Positions 9,761-19,912 of a stretch of 64,000 nucleotides of DNA are shown here, piece by piece. Location of the stretch: NCBI GenBank assembly GCA_946410555.1, contig CAMKAT010000001.1:47108-111107 (forward strand), written 5' to 3'. This DNA is from an uncultured Bacillales bacterium. Lineage in GTDB: Bacteria > Bacillota_I > Bacilli_A > RF39 > UBA660. Both the position numbers and the translations under genes were made by a program. The notes under the pieces were generated by a model. It ran no database searches. It was not told the origin of the DNA and was given only the letters and a program-made list of their open reading frames with translations. Position 1 is the stretch's first letter, and each line of letters begins with the position of its first letter.

Positions 9761-12169
9761 ATGGCAAACTTACAAGATCATTTTAAATTTGATTATAAGA
9801 AAATACTTCCTAATGTAAGTAATATCATTCAAGGTAAAAAATATAGAATTACAGTACTTAGTGAACTTTTAGTTAGACTAGAGTATTCAGAAACTGGTGA
9901 ATTTGAAGATAGACCAACTGAACTTGTTCAAACTAGAAAGTTTCCTAATATTAAATTTGATAAAAAAGAAGATAATAATTACTTATATATAACAACTAGT
10001 TATTTCAAACTTTATTATAGAAAAGAATTTCCTTTCTTAGGAACAAAAATGTCACCTGAACAAAATTTAAAAATAGAATTAACTAATACTGATAAGTATT
10101 GGTATTTTAATCATCCTGAAGTAAGAAACTTTGGAACTGTTGGTTATTCACTTGAAGGTAAGATGGGTTCTCCAAAGTATGAAAAAGGATTATACTCAGT
10201 TGATGGATTTGTATCTTTAGATGACTCTAAGAGTTTAATATTTAATGAAGATGGTTCTTTAGGTAAAAGAACTGATACAAGAATAGATACTTATGTATTT
10301 ATGTATCGAAGAGACTTTGGAGCTTGTCTTAAAGATTACTTTACTTTAACAGGTTATCCTCCATTAATACCAAGATATTCTCTAGGTGTATGGTGGAATA
10401 GAAATACAGAATATAATTCAAAAGGTATAGAAAAGTTAGTACATAAATTTACTAAACATAGAATACCTGTATCAATAATCATGTTAGGAGATCATTGGCA
10501 TCGTAAAAATCCTAAGATGCAATCTGGATTATCTTTTGATGAAACATTATTCAAGAGACCTAAGAGAATGACAGACTTCCTTCATGGAAGAAACATCAGA
10601 CTTGCACTTAAAATTAATCCAAACGAAGGTATATCTCCAAAAGAAGATTACTATTTACCGTTCAAAGCAGCCAGTGGTGCCGAAGGCAATGGTGTTATTC
10701 CATTTAATGTATTTAATGTAAATATATTATCTGCATACTTTGATTATTTTATTCATCCATTAATGAATTATGGAGTAGACTTCTTCTGGCTTGATTATAA
10801 TAATAAAAATGATTTAGCTACTTTAAGAGCGTTAACTCATTATCATTTTGATGATTTTAAACAAATCGTTAACAGGAGAGGTATGACTTTCTCAAGAAAT
10901 GGTATGATTGCAGCTCATAAATACCCAATTCATTACACTGGTGAAACAGATGTAAATTGGAAGAACTTAGAAGCAATGCCACATTATAATGCAGCGGCTT
11001 CAAATATAGGTATTTCATGGATATCAAATGATATTGGTGGATTCAAAAATGGAACTGAAGATGGAGAGTTATTCTCAAGGTTTGTTCAATTTGGATGTTT
11101 CTCACCAATACTTAGACTTTCAGCTGATGAAGGTGAGTATTATAAAAGAGAACCATGGAAATGGGATATTCAAACTCAAGCAATTGTATCTAGATATTTA
11201 AAACTTAGACACGAGCTTATACCTTATTTATATAGTGAAGCATATAGATATCATAAAGTTGGTATGCCACTAGTACAACCACTTTATTATCAAAACCCAG
11301 AAATCTATGATGAACCACTTTATAGAAATGAATATATATTTGGTTCTTCATTATTAGTAGCTCCAATAACTACTAAAGATGATCCATTAATGAATAGAGC
11401 AGTTGTTAAACTTGCGCTACCTGATGGAGTTTGGTATGACTTTACTAATGGAAAAAAGTTTACTGGCGGAAGAAGATATACAACATTCTATAAAGATGAA
11501 GATTATCCAGTATTTGCTAAGGCAGGAACAATTCTTCCTTTAGCAATTCTTGATGAGAATGATTTAAATAATACAGATGCACCAAGAGCAATGGAAATCC
11601 AAGCATTCCCTGGAGATTCTTGTACATATGAGTTATATGAGGATGATGGTGTATCATCATTATATGAAAAAGATTTCTTTATACTTACTGAAATCGATTA
11701 TACATATCAAAAAAATAATGTAACAATTTCTATAAGACCTGTTGCAGGTAAGAGTGGTATTATTCCTCCTTATAGAAGTTATCGTTTAAGATTTAGAAAT
11801 ATGAATGAACCTAATGAAATATCAGCAATGAGTGGTTCAGATAAAGTAACTATCACAGATGCTTATGTAGATGATAATGACTTTGTAGTAGAGCTACCTC
11901 CATTATCAACATTAAAGCAAATTACAGTTAACTGTAAGGGTGATGATTTAGAGTTAAATCAAGAGAGACTTATTAACTATGATATTGAATCTATTCTTAG
12001 CGATTTACCAATACCTACGAAAGTTAAGAACATGATAGGTGATATTCTTCTTAAAGATACATCAGTTCAAGAAAAACGTATCGCAGTACGTAAGTTATCT
12101 AGAATTGGATTAAATCAAAAATATGTTAACTTATTCTTAAAACTTCTTGAATATATGGCAGAAGTGTAA
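9761..12169 (+). CDS. Glycoside hydrolase family 31 (alpha-glucosidase or alpha-xylosidase like)
   Basis: GH31-like signatures FFWLDYN (nucleophile region) and SNDIGGF (acid/base region). Start moved to the ATG at 9761, which follows RBS AGGGTGA; the track start is a GTG inside that RBS. Confidence 0.75.
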   Translation: MANLQDHFKFDYKKILPNVSNIIQGKKYRITVLSELLVRLEYSETGEFEDRPTELVQTRKFPNIKFDKKEDNNYLYITTSYFKLYYRKEFPFLGTKMSPEQNLKIELTNTDKYWYFNHPEVRNFGTVGYSLEGKMGSPKYEKGLYSVDGFVSLDDSKSLIFNEDGSLGKRTDTRIDTYVFMYRRDFGACLKDYFTLTGYPPLIPRYSLGVWWNRNTEYNSKGIEKLVHKFTKHRIPVSIIMLGDHWHRKNPKMQSGLSFDETLFKRPKRMTDFLHGRNIRLALKINPNEGISPKEDYYLPFKAASGAEGNGVIPFNVFNVNILSAYFDYFIHPLMNYGVDFFWLDYNNKNDLATLRALTHYHFDDFKQIVNRRGMTFSRNGMIAAHKYPIHYTGETDVNWKNLEAMPHYNAAASNIGISWISNDIGGFKNGTEDGELFSRFVQFGCFSPILRLSADEGEYYKREPWKWDIQTQAIVSRYLKLRHELIPYLYSEAYRYHKVGMPLVQPLYYQNPEIYDEPLYRNEYIFGSSLLVAPITTKDDPLMNRAVVKLALPDGVWYDFTNGKKFTGGRRYTTFYKDEDYPVFAKAGTILPLAILDENDLNNTDAPRAMEIQAFPGDSCTYELYEDDGVSSLYEKDFFILTEIDYTYQKNNVTISIRPVAGKSGIIPPYRSYRLRFRNMNEPNEISAMSGSDKVTITDAYVDDNDFVVELPPLSTLKQITVNCKGDDLELNQERLINYDIESILSDLPIPTKVKNMIGDILLKDTSVQEKRIAVRKLSRIGLNQKYVNLFLKLLEYMAEV

Positions 12170-12175
12170 AGTAAG

Positions 12176-12208
12176 GCTATAGATATAAAATCTATAGTTT
12201 TTTTATTG
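12176..12208 (+). terminator. Rho-independent terminator
   Basis: CTATAGAT-ATAAA-ATCTATAG followed by a T7 run. Confidence 0.6.
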
Positions 12209-12280
12209 CATTAATTTATAAATAACATACAATTAGATTAGGATAGTATGTTTATATAGTATAGGAGGAAGATATAAAAA

Positions 12281-13885
12281 ATGAAAAATGTTTTTAAAAA
12301 GATTGGTAAAAGTGCATTAGCTTTATCTATTCTAGCTAATACATTTACACCACTTGCAGTTACGGCTGACGTTACACCGGTACCTGCAACAATAACTTTT
12401 ACAGTAACAGATACAGCAAAATACAAGATAACTAAAAATAATAATAATGATCCATTTGAATTAGTTGTAACAGATAAAACTGATACTAATACTGAAACTA
12501 ATAATTCACGTATTAGAGTTAAAACTGGTAATGGAGAAGTTAATGAAGGAATATCTGCTACATGTACAACAGAAAACGTTACATGTAAATTTGTAATTGA
12601 AAGTGTTGGAGAATATTCTTTAGATTATAATCCTGGATTTATTGATATAAGTGAAGGAACAAGTAAAATAGATGATAAGGCTAAATTTGTAGGAAATAAA
12701 GACTTCTCAATTTCACAAGCAACAATGGGTCCAAGTTTTGATGGACATGCAGTTCTTGTATGGTCATGCGGAGAATCAGAAGCAAAGGTTTGTTATCATG
12801 AATATACTCATTTAAATGAAGAAGGTCATGATGTAATCTTTGAATCAGCAGCTAATATCGCAGATGATCATGATTCAAGTGAAAAATTTAATGTAGATGC
12901 TAAAGTTAAATTCTTCTCACCTTGGGAATTATTTGAACCTAAGAAAATAGATATAGATAAACAAGCTACAACTCCAATAGATCCTGAATCTTTAGTTGGA
13001 CCTGATGGAATTGATTATATGCCAGTTGGAGAACCAACTGAAAACAACGCATTTGTATCATATGGTAATAGAAACTTTAAAGCAATTATTTATGGTGATA
13101 AGTATAAAGCTCTTAAGATTGGAGATTTATCAACATTAACTTACTATCCAGGAGCTTGGGAAAATAAACTAACAAGAAGAGAATCATTTGATATCTCAGG
13201 AACTACTAAAGAAAATCCAACGGAATTTGATATGGTTTTACTAGAATCTAAAATTAATCTTCAAAAAATAGATTTAAATGGATTTACTATTAAATCAATT
13301 GAAGCATTAGATGTACCTGAAGGTGCTGTAACAATCACTAAAAAAGGTGATGGATCTTATGATTTTGATTTCGCATCAAGATTCTTTAACAAAGTAGTAT
13401 TTAAATTAACTGATGAAGATGATAAAGAATACTTCTTCAGAATTAATAGACAAGCTATGGCAATTGATGTTGATGGAGATAAAGTACATAATTGGACTAT
13501 TACTAGTGAATTATATTTTGATAGAAATACATCATGGGAAGATTACTCAGTAAATGCTAGAATTCTTTATAAAGATGGTTCTGCGAAAATAGTTAAATTA
13601 TATAATGCTAAACATATTGATGATGGTTTAGGAAATGGTGCAGATGTTTATGAAAATGATGAACAAAGTCCAGTAAGACCTGAATGGCCAAAAGGAAAAG
13701 GATTAAAAAGAGCAGTTTTCAAAACTAAAATTGATAATTCAGAAATGTTAAATGTTGATAAGATTTACATAAATGTAGAAATGAATGGAAGTACAGATTC
13801 TACTTATGCTGGTAACTATGCTGGTAGTGGAAAAGGTGAAATTATCGATATGACTGAAGAAGGATATCAAAGGAGAATGAAATAA
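12281..13885 (+). CDS. Secreted surface-associated protein of unknown function
   Basis: Signal peptide KSALALSILANTFTPLAVTA; 534 aa, beta-rich; RBS ATAGGAGGAAG. Confidence 0.5.
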   Translation: MKNVFKKIGKSALALSILANTFTPLAVTADVTPVPATITFTVTDTAKYKITKNNNNDPFELVVTDKTDTNTETNNSRIRVKTGNGEVNEGISATCTTENVTCKFVIESVGEYSLDYNPGFIDISEGTSKIDDKAKFVGNKDFSISQATMGPSFDGHAVLVWSCGESEAKVCYHEYTHLNEEGHDVIFESAANIADDHDSSEKFNVDAKVKFFSPWELFEPKKIDIDKQATTPIDPESLVGPDGIDYMPVGEPTENNAFVSYGNRNFKAIIYGDKYKALKIGDLSTLTYYPGAWENKLTRRESFDISGTTKENPTEFDMVLLESKINLQKIDLNGFTIKSIEALDVPEGAVTITKKGDGSYDFDFASRFFNKVVFKLTDEDDKEYFFRINRQAMAIDVDGDKVHNWTITSELYFDRNTSWEDYSVNARILYKDGSAKIVKLYNAKHIDDGLGNGADVYENDEQSPVRPEWPKGKGLKRAVFKTKIDNSEMLNVDKIYINVEMNGSTDSTYAGNYAGSGKGEIIDMTEEGYQRRMK

Positions 13886-14442
13886 TGAAAAAGATAATTG
13901 TATTATTATTACTATTAGTACTTCCAGTAACAGTATTCGCAGCTGAAGCTCCTAAAGTAACAAAATTAGAATTAAAAAATGATAAACAAGTAATTACATA
14001 TACTGGTGAAATGGAAGACGGATCACTTGCAGTTATGTGTAAATTATATAATTCTAATAATGAAGAATTAGACTACTTATCAACTGCTGTAGATACAAAT
14101 AAATTCGAAGGAAAATTTACAGTATCTAAAAATGATACATATAAAGTATCATGTGCTAACTATGAAGGTGGAGATATTAAATCTGAAACTATTAAAGTAG
14201 CAAATGCAAATCCAAAAACTGGAGATGAAGTAGAAATTTATTGTATAGTATTTGCAGTTTCAGTTGCAGCTGTTGTTATTGCTTTAATGTATCCTAAATA
14301 CTTAAAGAAAAATAGAAAATCAACTGCGCCAGCAGTTAAGAGATCAACAACTAAAAAAACTACTACACCAAAGAAAACAACTACAACTAAGAAAGCAGCT
14401 ACAAAGAAAACAACTGCTAAAAAGACAACAAAAAAGAAATAA
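13885..14442 (+). CDS. Cell-surface protein with the sortase-type sorting signal NPKTGDE, followed by a TM segment and a long K/T-rich basic tail
   Basis: Signal peptide, then NPKTG motif, hydrophobic stretch and KKNRK, plus a 40-aa TKK-repeat tail. Translationally coupled to the upstream ORF (ATAATG). Confidence 0.55.
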   Translation: MKKIIVLLLLLVLPVTVFAAEAPKVTKLELKNDKQVITYTGEMEDGSLAVMCKLYNSNNEELDYLSTAVDTNKFEGKFTVSKNDTYKVSCANYEGGDIKSETIKVANANPKTGDEVEIYCIVFAVSVAAVVIALMYPKYLKKNRKSTAPAVKRSTTKKTTTPKKTTTTKKAATKKTTAKKTTKKK

Positions 14443-14445
14443 GAT

Positions 14446-14476
14446 GAAACTCAAGATTAATTCTTGAGTTTTTTTA
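14446..14476 (+). terminator. Rho-independent terminator
   Basis: AACTCAAGA-TTAA-TTCTTGAGTT followed by T7. Confidence 0.7.
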
Positions 14477-14607
14477 TGTTTCTACATTTATATTCTTCAA
14501 ATGAATTTATAATTGCTAGAAAATATATTCTTATTTCTAATATGTAAACTATATAAGTGATACAAATGATTAAAGTATTTAAATGATATAATTATTAAGG
14601 TGAGATT

Positions 14608-15135
14608 ATGCAAAAGAAGAAATACAGCTTTTATGAAATAATAACTATTATTTGGTTTATATATGTATTAATTGGTGCTATATCATTAATACCTACATAT
14701 CTAAATATAAAATTCGGATTAGAAATGCCTTATATTATAGATTATATTATTGAACCAGTTTCAAATGTGTTTACATTAACATTTGTTTATTCTCCATATG
14801 TATATCTATTATTATGTTTATTTGATCCACATGAGAAACCATTTAATTTTAAATATGTAATTATTAATATAATAGATTCTATACTTTGTTTCTTTACTAT
14901 TATAATTTATCCATTTCCATTTGGAATATTCTTATATGAAGACCACAGAGTAATCTTTTATTGTTTAAGTTTATTCTTTGCATTCTTCCCTGTAGTAGTA
15001 GAAAATTATATGTATAATAAAATCTCTAATAAGAATAGTTTTAAAGTAATAACAAGATTATTAATGATATTTATAATAATAGTAATAGCTTTAATTCTTT
15101 CTTCATGCAATGGATTAGGAGATAACTTTGGATAA
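14608..15135 (+). CDS. Polytopic membrane protein of unknown function
   Basis: Four to five hydrophobic helices, 175 aa. Confidence 0.4.
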   Translation: MQKKKYSFYEIITIIWFIYVLIGAISLIPTYLNIKFGLEMPYIIDYIIEPVSNVFTLTFVYSPYVYLLLCLFDPHEKPFNFKYVIINIIDSILCFFTIIIYPFPFGIFLYEDHRVIFYCLSLFFAFFPVVVENYMYNKISNKNSFKVITRLLMIFIIIVIALILSSCNGLGDNFG

Positions 15136-15143
15136 AATAATAC

Positions 15144-15171
15144 TTGAAACTATATAATTAATTATGTATAA
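15144..15171 (+). promoter_or_regulatory. SigA-type promoter for the T-box-leuS operon
   Basis: -35 TTGAAA, 16-nt spacer, extended -10 TGTATAAT. Confidence 0.5.
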
Positions 15172-15177
15172 TGTGTT

Positions 15178-15370
15178 TTAAGCAAGTGAAGGAAAAGTAG
15201 TAGTTTACAGAGTACTTAAAGAGAGTTCACGGTTGGTGTAAGTGAATAGTATGAAGTTTATGAACTTGTTTCTGGATGTATTAGGATGAACCCTTTATAG
15301 TTCAATAAAGTATAAAATTAAGGTGGTACCACGGTCTTTCGTCCTTTGGATGAAAGGCTTTTTTTATTTT
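15178..15370 (+). ncRNA. T-box riboswitch leader (leucine, specifier CUU)
   Basis: Conserved T-box AATTAAGGTGGTACCACGG at 15316-15334; candidate specifier CTT at 15215-15217 followed by AAGAGAG; terminator hairpin and T7 run at about 15335-15370. Confidence 0.8.
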
Positions 15371-15385
15371 AAGGAGGAATTAATT

Positions 15386-15745
15386 ATGAATACAATAGGT
15401 TATATATTTGTATGTTTACTTATCTTTATAGTAGTGCTCTCATTCTTAAGACTCGTTACTATTATGAATGTTAAGAAGAAAACTGAAGAGATTTCTGTAC
15501 CTTTAAAATATATTAAGAAAAAATATAATTTAAAGTTTAGAGAAAGAAAATCAAAACAAGTACGATTATATATTGATATAGTAAATACTATAGCAATAGT
15601 AATACCAGTATATTTATTACTGTTTATTGATTTAAAAATAAATAAAATATTATTATATTTAATCATGTTAATTGTATTCATAGTACTAGTTATTAGTGGA
15701 TATAATTTAATAGGTATAATCATGAAGAGAAAGGACGATAAATAA
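15386..15745 (+). CDS. Small 3-TM membrane protein (119 aa) lying between the T-box and leuS
   Basis: RBS AAGGAGG 8 nt upstream of the ATG; stop overlaps the leuS ATG (TAATG). The track start at 15323 (MVPR) lies inside the T-box motif ATGGTACCACG and is an artefact. Confidence 0.55.
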   Translation: MNTIGYIFVCLLIFIVVLSFLRLVTIMNVKKKTEEISVPLKYIKKKYNLKFRERKSKQVRLYIDIVNTIAIVIPVYLLLFIDLKINKILLYLIMLIVFIVLVISGYNLIGIIMKRKDDK

Positions 15746-18156
15746 TGGAATATAATTTTAAAGAAATTGAAAAAAAGTGGCAAAAATATTGGGATGATAA
15801 GAAAACATTTGAATGCAAAAATGAAGGTAAAAATCCATACTATATCTTAGTAGAATTTCCATATCCTTCAGGAGCAGGTCTACATGTAGGACATGTAAGG
15901 AGTTATACTGCACAAGATGCAATCGCAAGAATGATGCGTATGCAAGGTCACAATGTATTATATCCAATGGGATGGGATGCATTTGGTGCACCAGCAGAAC
16001 AATATGCAATTAAGAATCATATTCATCCAAAAGATGCCGTAAGAGAAAATATTAAAACATTTAAAACTCAAATGAAGACTCTAGGTTTCTCATTTGATTG
16101 GAGTAGAGAATTCTCTACAACTGACCCAGATTACTATAAATGGACTCAATGGCAATTCCTACAATTTTATAAACATGGAATGGCTTATAAAGATACAATT
16201 CCAGTAAATTGGTGTCCACAATGTAAGACTGTACTTTCAAATGAAGATGCAGCAGGTGGAGTATGTGAAAGATGTGGTTCATCTGTAGTTCAAAAAGAAA
16301 AGAGTCAATGGATGTTAAAGATGTCTTCTTATTCAGAAGATCTACTTACTGGTCTTGCAGATACTAATTTTGCAGATAAAGTAAAACTAGCTCAAATTAA
16401 CTGGATCGGTAAATCTACAGGTGTAGAAGTTAATGTTGATATTGTAGGTGGAGGTAAGTTTAGTATATTTACTACTTGTCCAGAAACTATTTATGGTATT
16501 ACATTCTTTGTAATAGCTCCAGATGGAAAACTAATTAAAGAACTTATGCCAAGAGTAGAAAATCCAGATGAAATTAATAAATACATTGAAGAAACTAAAA
16601 AGAAATCTGCAATGGATAGAACTGAACTTAATAAAGGTAAAACTGGTGTAGAAGTTAAAGGTATTAAAGCTATTAATCCAGTTAATGGAAAAGAAGTTCC
16701 AATCTTCCTTGGAGACTTTGTACTTGGAGATTATGGTACAGGTGCAGTTATGGCTGTTCCTTCACATGATCAAAGAGACTTTGAATATGCTAAAGAACAC
16801 AATCTAGAAATTATTAAAGTAATAGACTGTGGTGATATTACAGAACATGCTATTGAAAAGACAGAATACATGCATCATGATTATAAGATGATTAATTCTG
16901 AAGAATTTAATGGTATGGTAGTAGATGAAGCAAGAGAAAGAATCTCTGATATGCTTGAAGAAAAAGGTATAGGTAAGAGAGTTAATAATTATAAAATGAG
17001 GGACTGGATCTTCTCTAGACAAAGATTCTGGGGTGAACCAATTCCAATGATTAACTGTCCTGACTGTGGTTGGGTACCAGTTCCTGAAGAAGAATTACCT
17101 CTATTACTTCCAGATGTAGCAGAATATGAACCAACTGATAATGGTGAATCTCCACTTGCAAAGATTACTGATTGGGTAAATTGCAAATGTCCAAAGTGTG
17201 GTAAAGATGCAACAAGAGAAACAGATACAATGCCAAACTGGGCAGGTTCTTCATGGTACTTCCTAAGATTTATGGATGCACATAATGATAAAGAATTCGC
17301 ATCAATGGATGCAATGAAATATTGGAACAAGGTTAATTGGTATAATGGTGGAATGGAACATGCTGCTAGACACTTACTATATGCAAGATTCTGGGTTCAA
17401 TTCTTATATAATATTGGTTTAGTTCCAAATAAAGAAATGATTGACACAAGAGTATCTCATGGTATGGTACTTGGATCAAATAATGAAAAAATGTCTAAAT
17501 CTAAGGGTAATGTAATTAATCCTGATGATATAGCAAATGAATTTGGTGCAGATACTCTAAGAGTTTATGAAATGTTCATGGGTGATTATCAACAAGATGC
17601 ACCATGGAGTACAGATTCTTTAAAGGGATGCAAACGTTTTATAGATAAAGTAATAAGAATTAAAGATAAAGTAACTGATTCAGAAGAATATACTAAATCA
17701 CTTGAATCTATTCAACATAAAACTATTAAGAAAGTTCAAGAAGATTTAAAAACTATGGGTTACAACACAGCAGTCAGTGCATTAATGATTTTAACTAATG
17801 CATATGATGATCAAGAAACTATTACTAAAGCAGATTATAGATTACTATTAACTCTATTAAATCCAATTGCGCCTCATGTAACTGAAGAGTTAAATGAACA
17901 ATTAGGATATAAGCCAATCTGTGAATCAACTTGGCCAACATATGATGAATCAAAAACTATTGAAACTGAAAAAGAAATTGGAGTTCAAGTTAATGGTAAA
18001 CTTAGAGCTACTATTAAAGTTAATGTAGATGATTCAGAAGATTCATTAAAAGAAAAAGCATTGAAAGAAGAAAATGTTAAAAAGTTTACTGATGGTCATG
18101 AAATAGTTAAAGTAATAGCTATCAAAGGTAGAATTGTTAATATCGTTGTTAAATAA
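15745..18156 (+). CDS. leuS: Leucyl-tRNA synthetase
   Basis: HIGH motif (PYPSGAGLHVGH), KMSKS (KMSKSKGN), editing domain, 803 aa. Confidence 0.97.
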   Translation: MEYNFKEIEKKWQKYWDDKKTFECKNEGKNPYYILVEFPYPSGAGLHVGHVRSYTAQDAIARMMRMQGHNVLYPMGWDAFGAPAEQYAIKNHIHPKDAVRENIKTFKTQMKTLGFSFDWSREFSTTDPDYYKWTQWQFLQFYKHGMAYKDTIPVNWCPQCKTVLSNEDAAGGVCERCGSSVVQKEKSQWMLKMSSYSEDLLTGLADTNFADKVKLAQINWIGKSTGVEVNVDIVGGGKFSIFTTCPETIYGITFFVIAPDGKLIKELMPRVENPDEINKYIEETKKKSAMDRTELNKGKTGVEVKGIKAINPVNGKEVPIFLGDFVLGDYGTGAVMAVPSHDQRDFEYAKEHNLEIIKVIDCGDITEHAIEKTEYMHHDYKMINSEEFNGMVVDEARERISDMLEEKGIGKRVNNYKMRDWIFSRQRFWGEPIPMINCPDCGWVPVPEEELPLLLPDVAEYEPTDNGESPLAKITDWVNCKCPKCGKDATRETDTMPNWAGSSWYFLRFMDAHNDKEFASMDAMKYWNKVNWYNGGMEHAARHLLYARFWVQFLYNIGLVPNKEMIDTRVSHGMVLGSNNEKMSKSKGNVINPDDIANEFGADTLRVYEMFMGDYQQDAPWSTDSLKGCKRFIDKVIRIKDKVTDSEEYTKSLESIQHKTIKKVQEDLKTMGYNTAVSALMILTNAYDDQETITKADYRLLLTLLNPIAPHVTEELNEQLGYKPICESTWPTYDESKTIETEKEIGVQVNGKLRATIKVNVDDSEDSLKEKALKEENVKKFTDGHEIVKVIAIKGRIVNIVVK

Positions 18157-18181
18157 GGAAGTTAATCTTCCTTATTTTTTA
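18155..18181 (+). terminator. Rho-independent terminator of leuS
   Basis: AAGGAAG-TTAAT-CTTCCTT followed by a T-run. Confidence 0.7.
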
Positions 18182-18242
18182 TTTTTTACTTAATAATTGT
18201 TACTTTGCTCTTAAAATGATAAGATAAATATGGAGAAAGCTT

Positions 18243-18998
18243 ATGAAATGTAAGAAATGTAATAGTGAAATAGAAGATAAATTATTAATATGTCCTAAAT
18301 GTGGAGCTATTTTAAAAGAAGAAAATGAGAAATATCATCATAATTATGCTAATGAATCATTGAGGTTATTTGCATCAAAATTAACTGAAGAAGAATATGA
18401 TTCTGATTATGATAATAAAACTAATCAAAGAACTTCGATTAAACCTTTATTAAAAAATAGTCTTTTTTGGATAGTTAATTTATTAGTAGTTATTTCTTTT
18501 ATAATTGTTTTATTCCTTATACATGATATTAAACATATAAATATTGGTATATTATCTTTAATATTTATTATTTATGAATTAAGTAGTATTTCATATCAAT
18601 GTTTATTTTATAAAGCATATAAAGAACCATACTATGGAATAATACCAATATATAGACTTAAAGTATTATTTGAGATATGTAATAACGAAGGAAGTACAAA
18701 AAACTCAAGAACTTTGTTAGGTATTATTTTAGCTTATGTAATATGGTATTTACTATCTTTTTCACCAATGTATGGTCTTTGGTTTATATTCTTTGAAGAA
18801 GCATTTATTATAATTACAATTGTATCGATTATTCTTTATATAAGATTACGTATTAAAGTGCTAGGGGATTTATCTATGAGATTTACATCTAACCAAAAAT
18901 CTAGTATATATGCTATTCTTTTTCCATATATAGTAATATCAATTTATGCTTTTAGTAGTAAATATAAATATACTAAACTAAATGATTCTTATCTATAA
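18243..18998 (+). CDS. Membrane protein with an N-terminal CxxC-x-CxxC zinc ribbon
   Basis: KCNSEIEDKLLICPKCG at the N-terminus, then four TM helices. Confidence 0.45.
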   Translation: MKCKKCNSEIEDKLLICPKCGAILKEENEKYHHNYANESLRLFASKLTEEEYDSDYDNKTNQRTSIKPLLKNSLFWIVNLLVVISFIIVLFLIHDIKHINIGILSLIFIIYELSSISYQCLFYKAYKEPYYGIIPIYRLKVLFEICNNEGSTKNSRTLLGIILAYVIWYLLSFSPMYGLWFIFFEEAFIIITIVSIILYIRLRIKVLGDLSMRFTSNQKSSIYAILFPYIVISIYAFSSKYKYTKLNDSYL

Positions 18999-19021
18999 AA
19001 AAACTCATCAATTGATGAGTT

Positions 19022-19408
19022 TTATTTTGTTAATAAATCAAAAGTTTTATCTATATTATTTTGATCTGCATATTGATAATGGAAATCAGTATCTTCATAT
19101 ACAGGAATTAAATGAACATGATAATGTTTAACTAATTGTTCAGAACCATAGTTATTAACTATTTTAAGTCCACAAGTACCTAACTTATCATAAATTAAGT
19201 CTTTCATTTTTTTAGCAACACTATGAATATGAGTTAATGTTTCATCATCAATTTCTGTAAAATCAGTTATATGTTTTTTAGAAACAATTAACATATGCCC
19301 ATTAGTATTTGGATTAGCATCCATAAAAACAGTTACTATTTCATCTTCAAAAACAACTTTTGTTGGTATCTCACCATTTGCTAATTTGCAAAAAATACAA
19401 TCTTTCAT
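19022..19408 (-). CDS. HIT-family (histidine triad) nucleotide hydrolase
   Basis: Histidine triad HYHVHLIP, 128 aa. Confidence 0.85.
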   Translation of the reverse strand: MKDCIFCKLANGEIPTKVVFEDEIVTVFMDANPNTNGHMLIVSKKHITDFTEIDDETLTHIHSVAKKMKDLIYDKLGTCGLKIVNNYGSEQLVKHYHVHLIPVYEDTDFHYQYADQNNIDKTFDLLTK

Positions 19409-19477
19409 ATAATCACCAAAATAAATATAACATATTTTTAAAACTTATTGTATAATATGAGAACAGGTGGTGAAGAA

Positions 19478-19912
19478 ATGATAGAATTAAATACTTTTTC
19501 GTTAGAAAAGTACTCTGGTGCTAAAAAAGAACATAGAGAAGTTATCAACTCTTTAAAAGAAGATGTTTATACTAGAAATACAATCTCTAGAGATCTTAAT
19601 GGATTCATTGAAAAGATTGAAGAAAAATCTAAAGATAATAATGATAATTTACTCGGAACATATGTAGCTTATAAAAGCGAAATAGCTAGAGGTATTTGCG
19701 GAATTGATAAAAATGGTTCAAGATATGAAACTTTCCAATCTATATTACCAGAGTATAGAGGTGAAGGATTTGACTTTATGTTAGAAGATCAATTCGAAGA
19801 ATACTTAACTTATGAAGTTGGTTTGAAGAAAATTGGAAAAGAATCTTTTATTAAAGAAGAAACTCCAGTTAAGAAAAGAACATTAAAACAAGATAATAAG
19901 AATCAAAGATAA
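19478..19912 (+). CDS. Hypothetical small protein, possibly with a GNAT-like fold
   Basis: Start moved to the ATG at 19478 after RBS AGGTGGTGA. Weak resemblance to GNAT motif A (EYRGEGFDF). Confidence 0.35.
   Translation: MIELNTFSLEKYSGAKKEHREVINSLKEDVYTRNTISRDLNGFIEKIEEKSKDNNDNLLGTYVAYKSEIARGICGIDKNGSRYETFQSILPEYRGEGFDFMLEDQFEEYLTYEVGLKKIGKESFIKEETPVKKRTLKQDNKNQR

Noticed and set aside
14381-14440. Possible DNA-level repeat between the 14442 tail and the rpsP tail
   Set aside because: The peptide is identical, but the nucleotide sequences use different synonymous codons, so it is not a duplicated DNA segment.
15323-15385. ORF-track starts MVPR... at 15323 and 32857
   Set aside because: These begin inside the conserved T-box sequence ATGGTACCACG and read through the terminator. 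The real starts are the downstream ATGs with RBSs (15386 and 32920).
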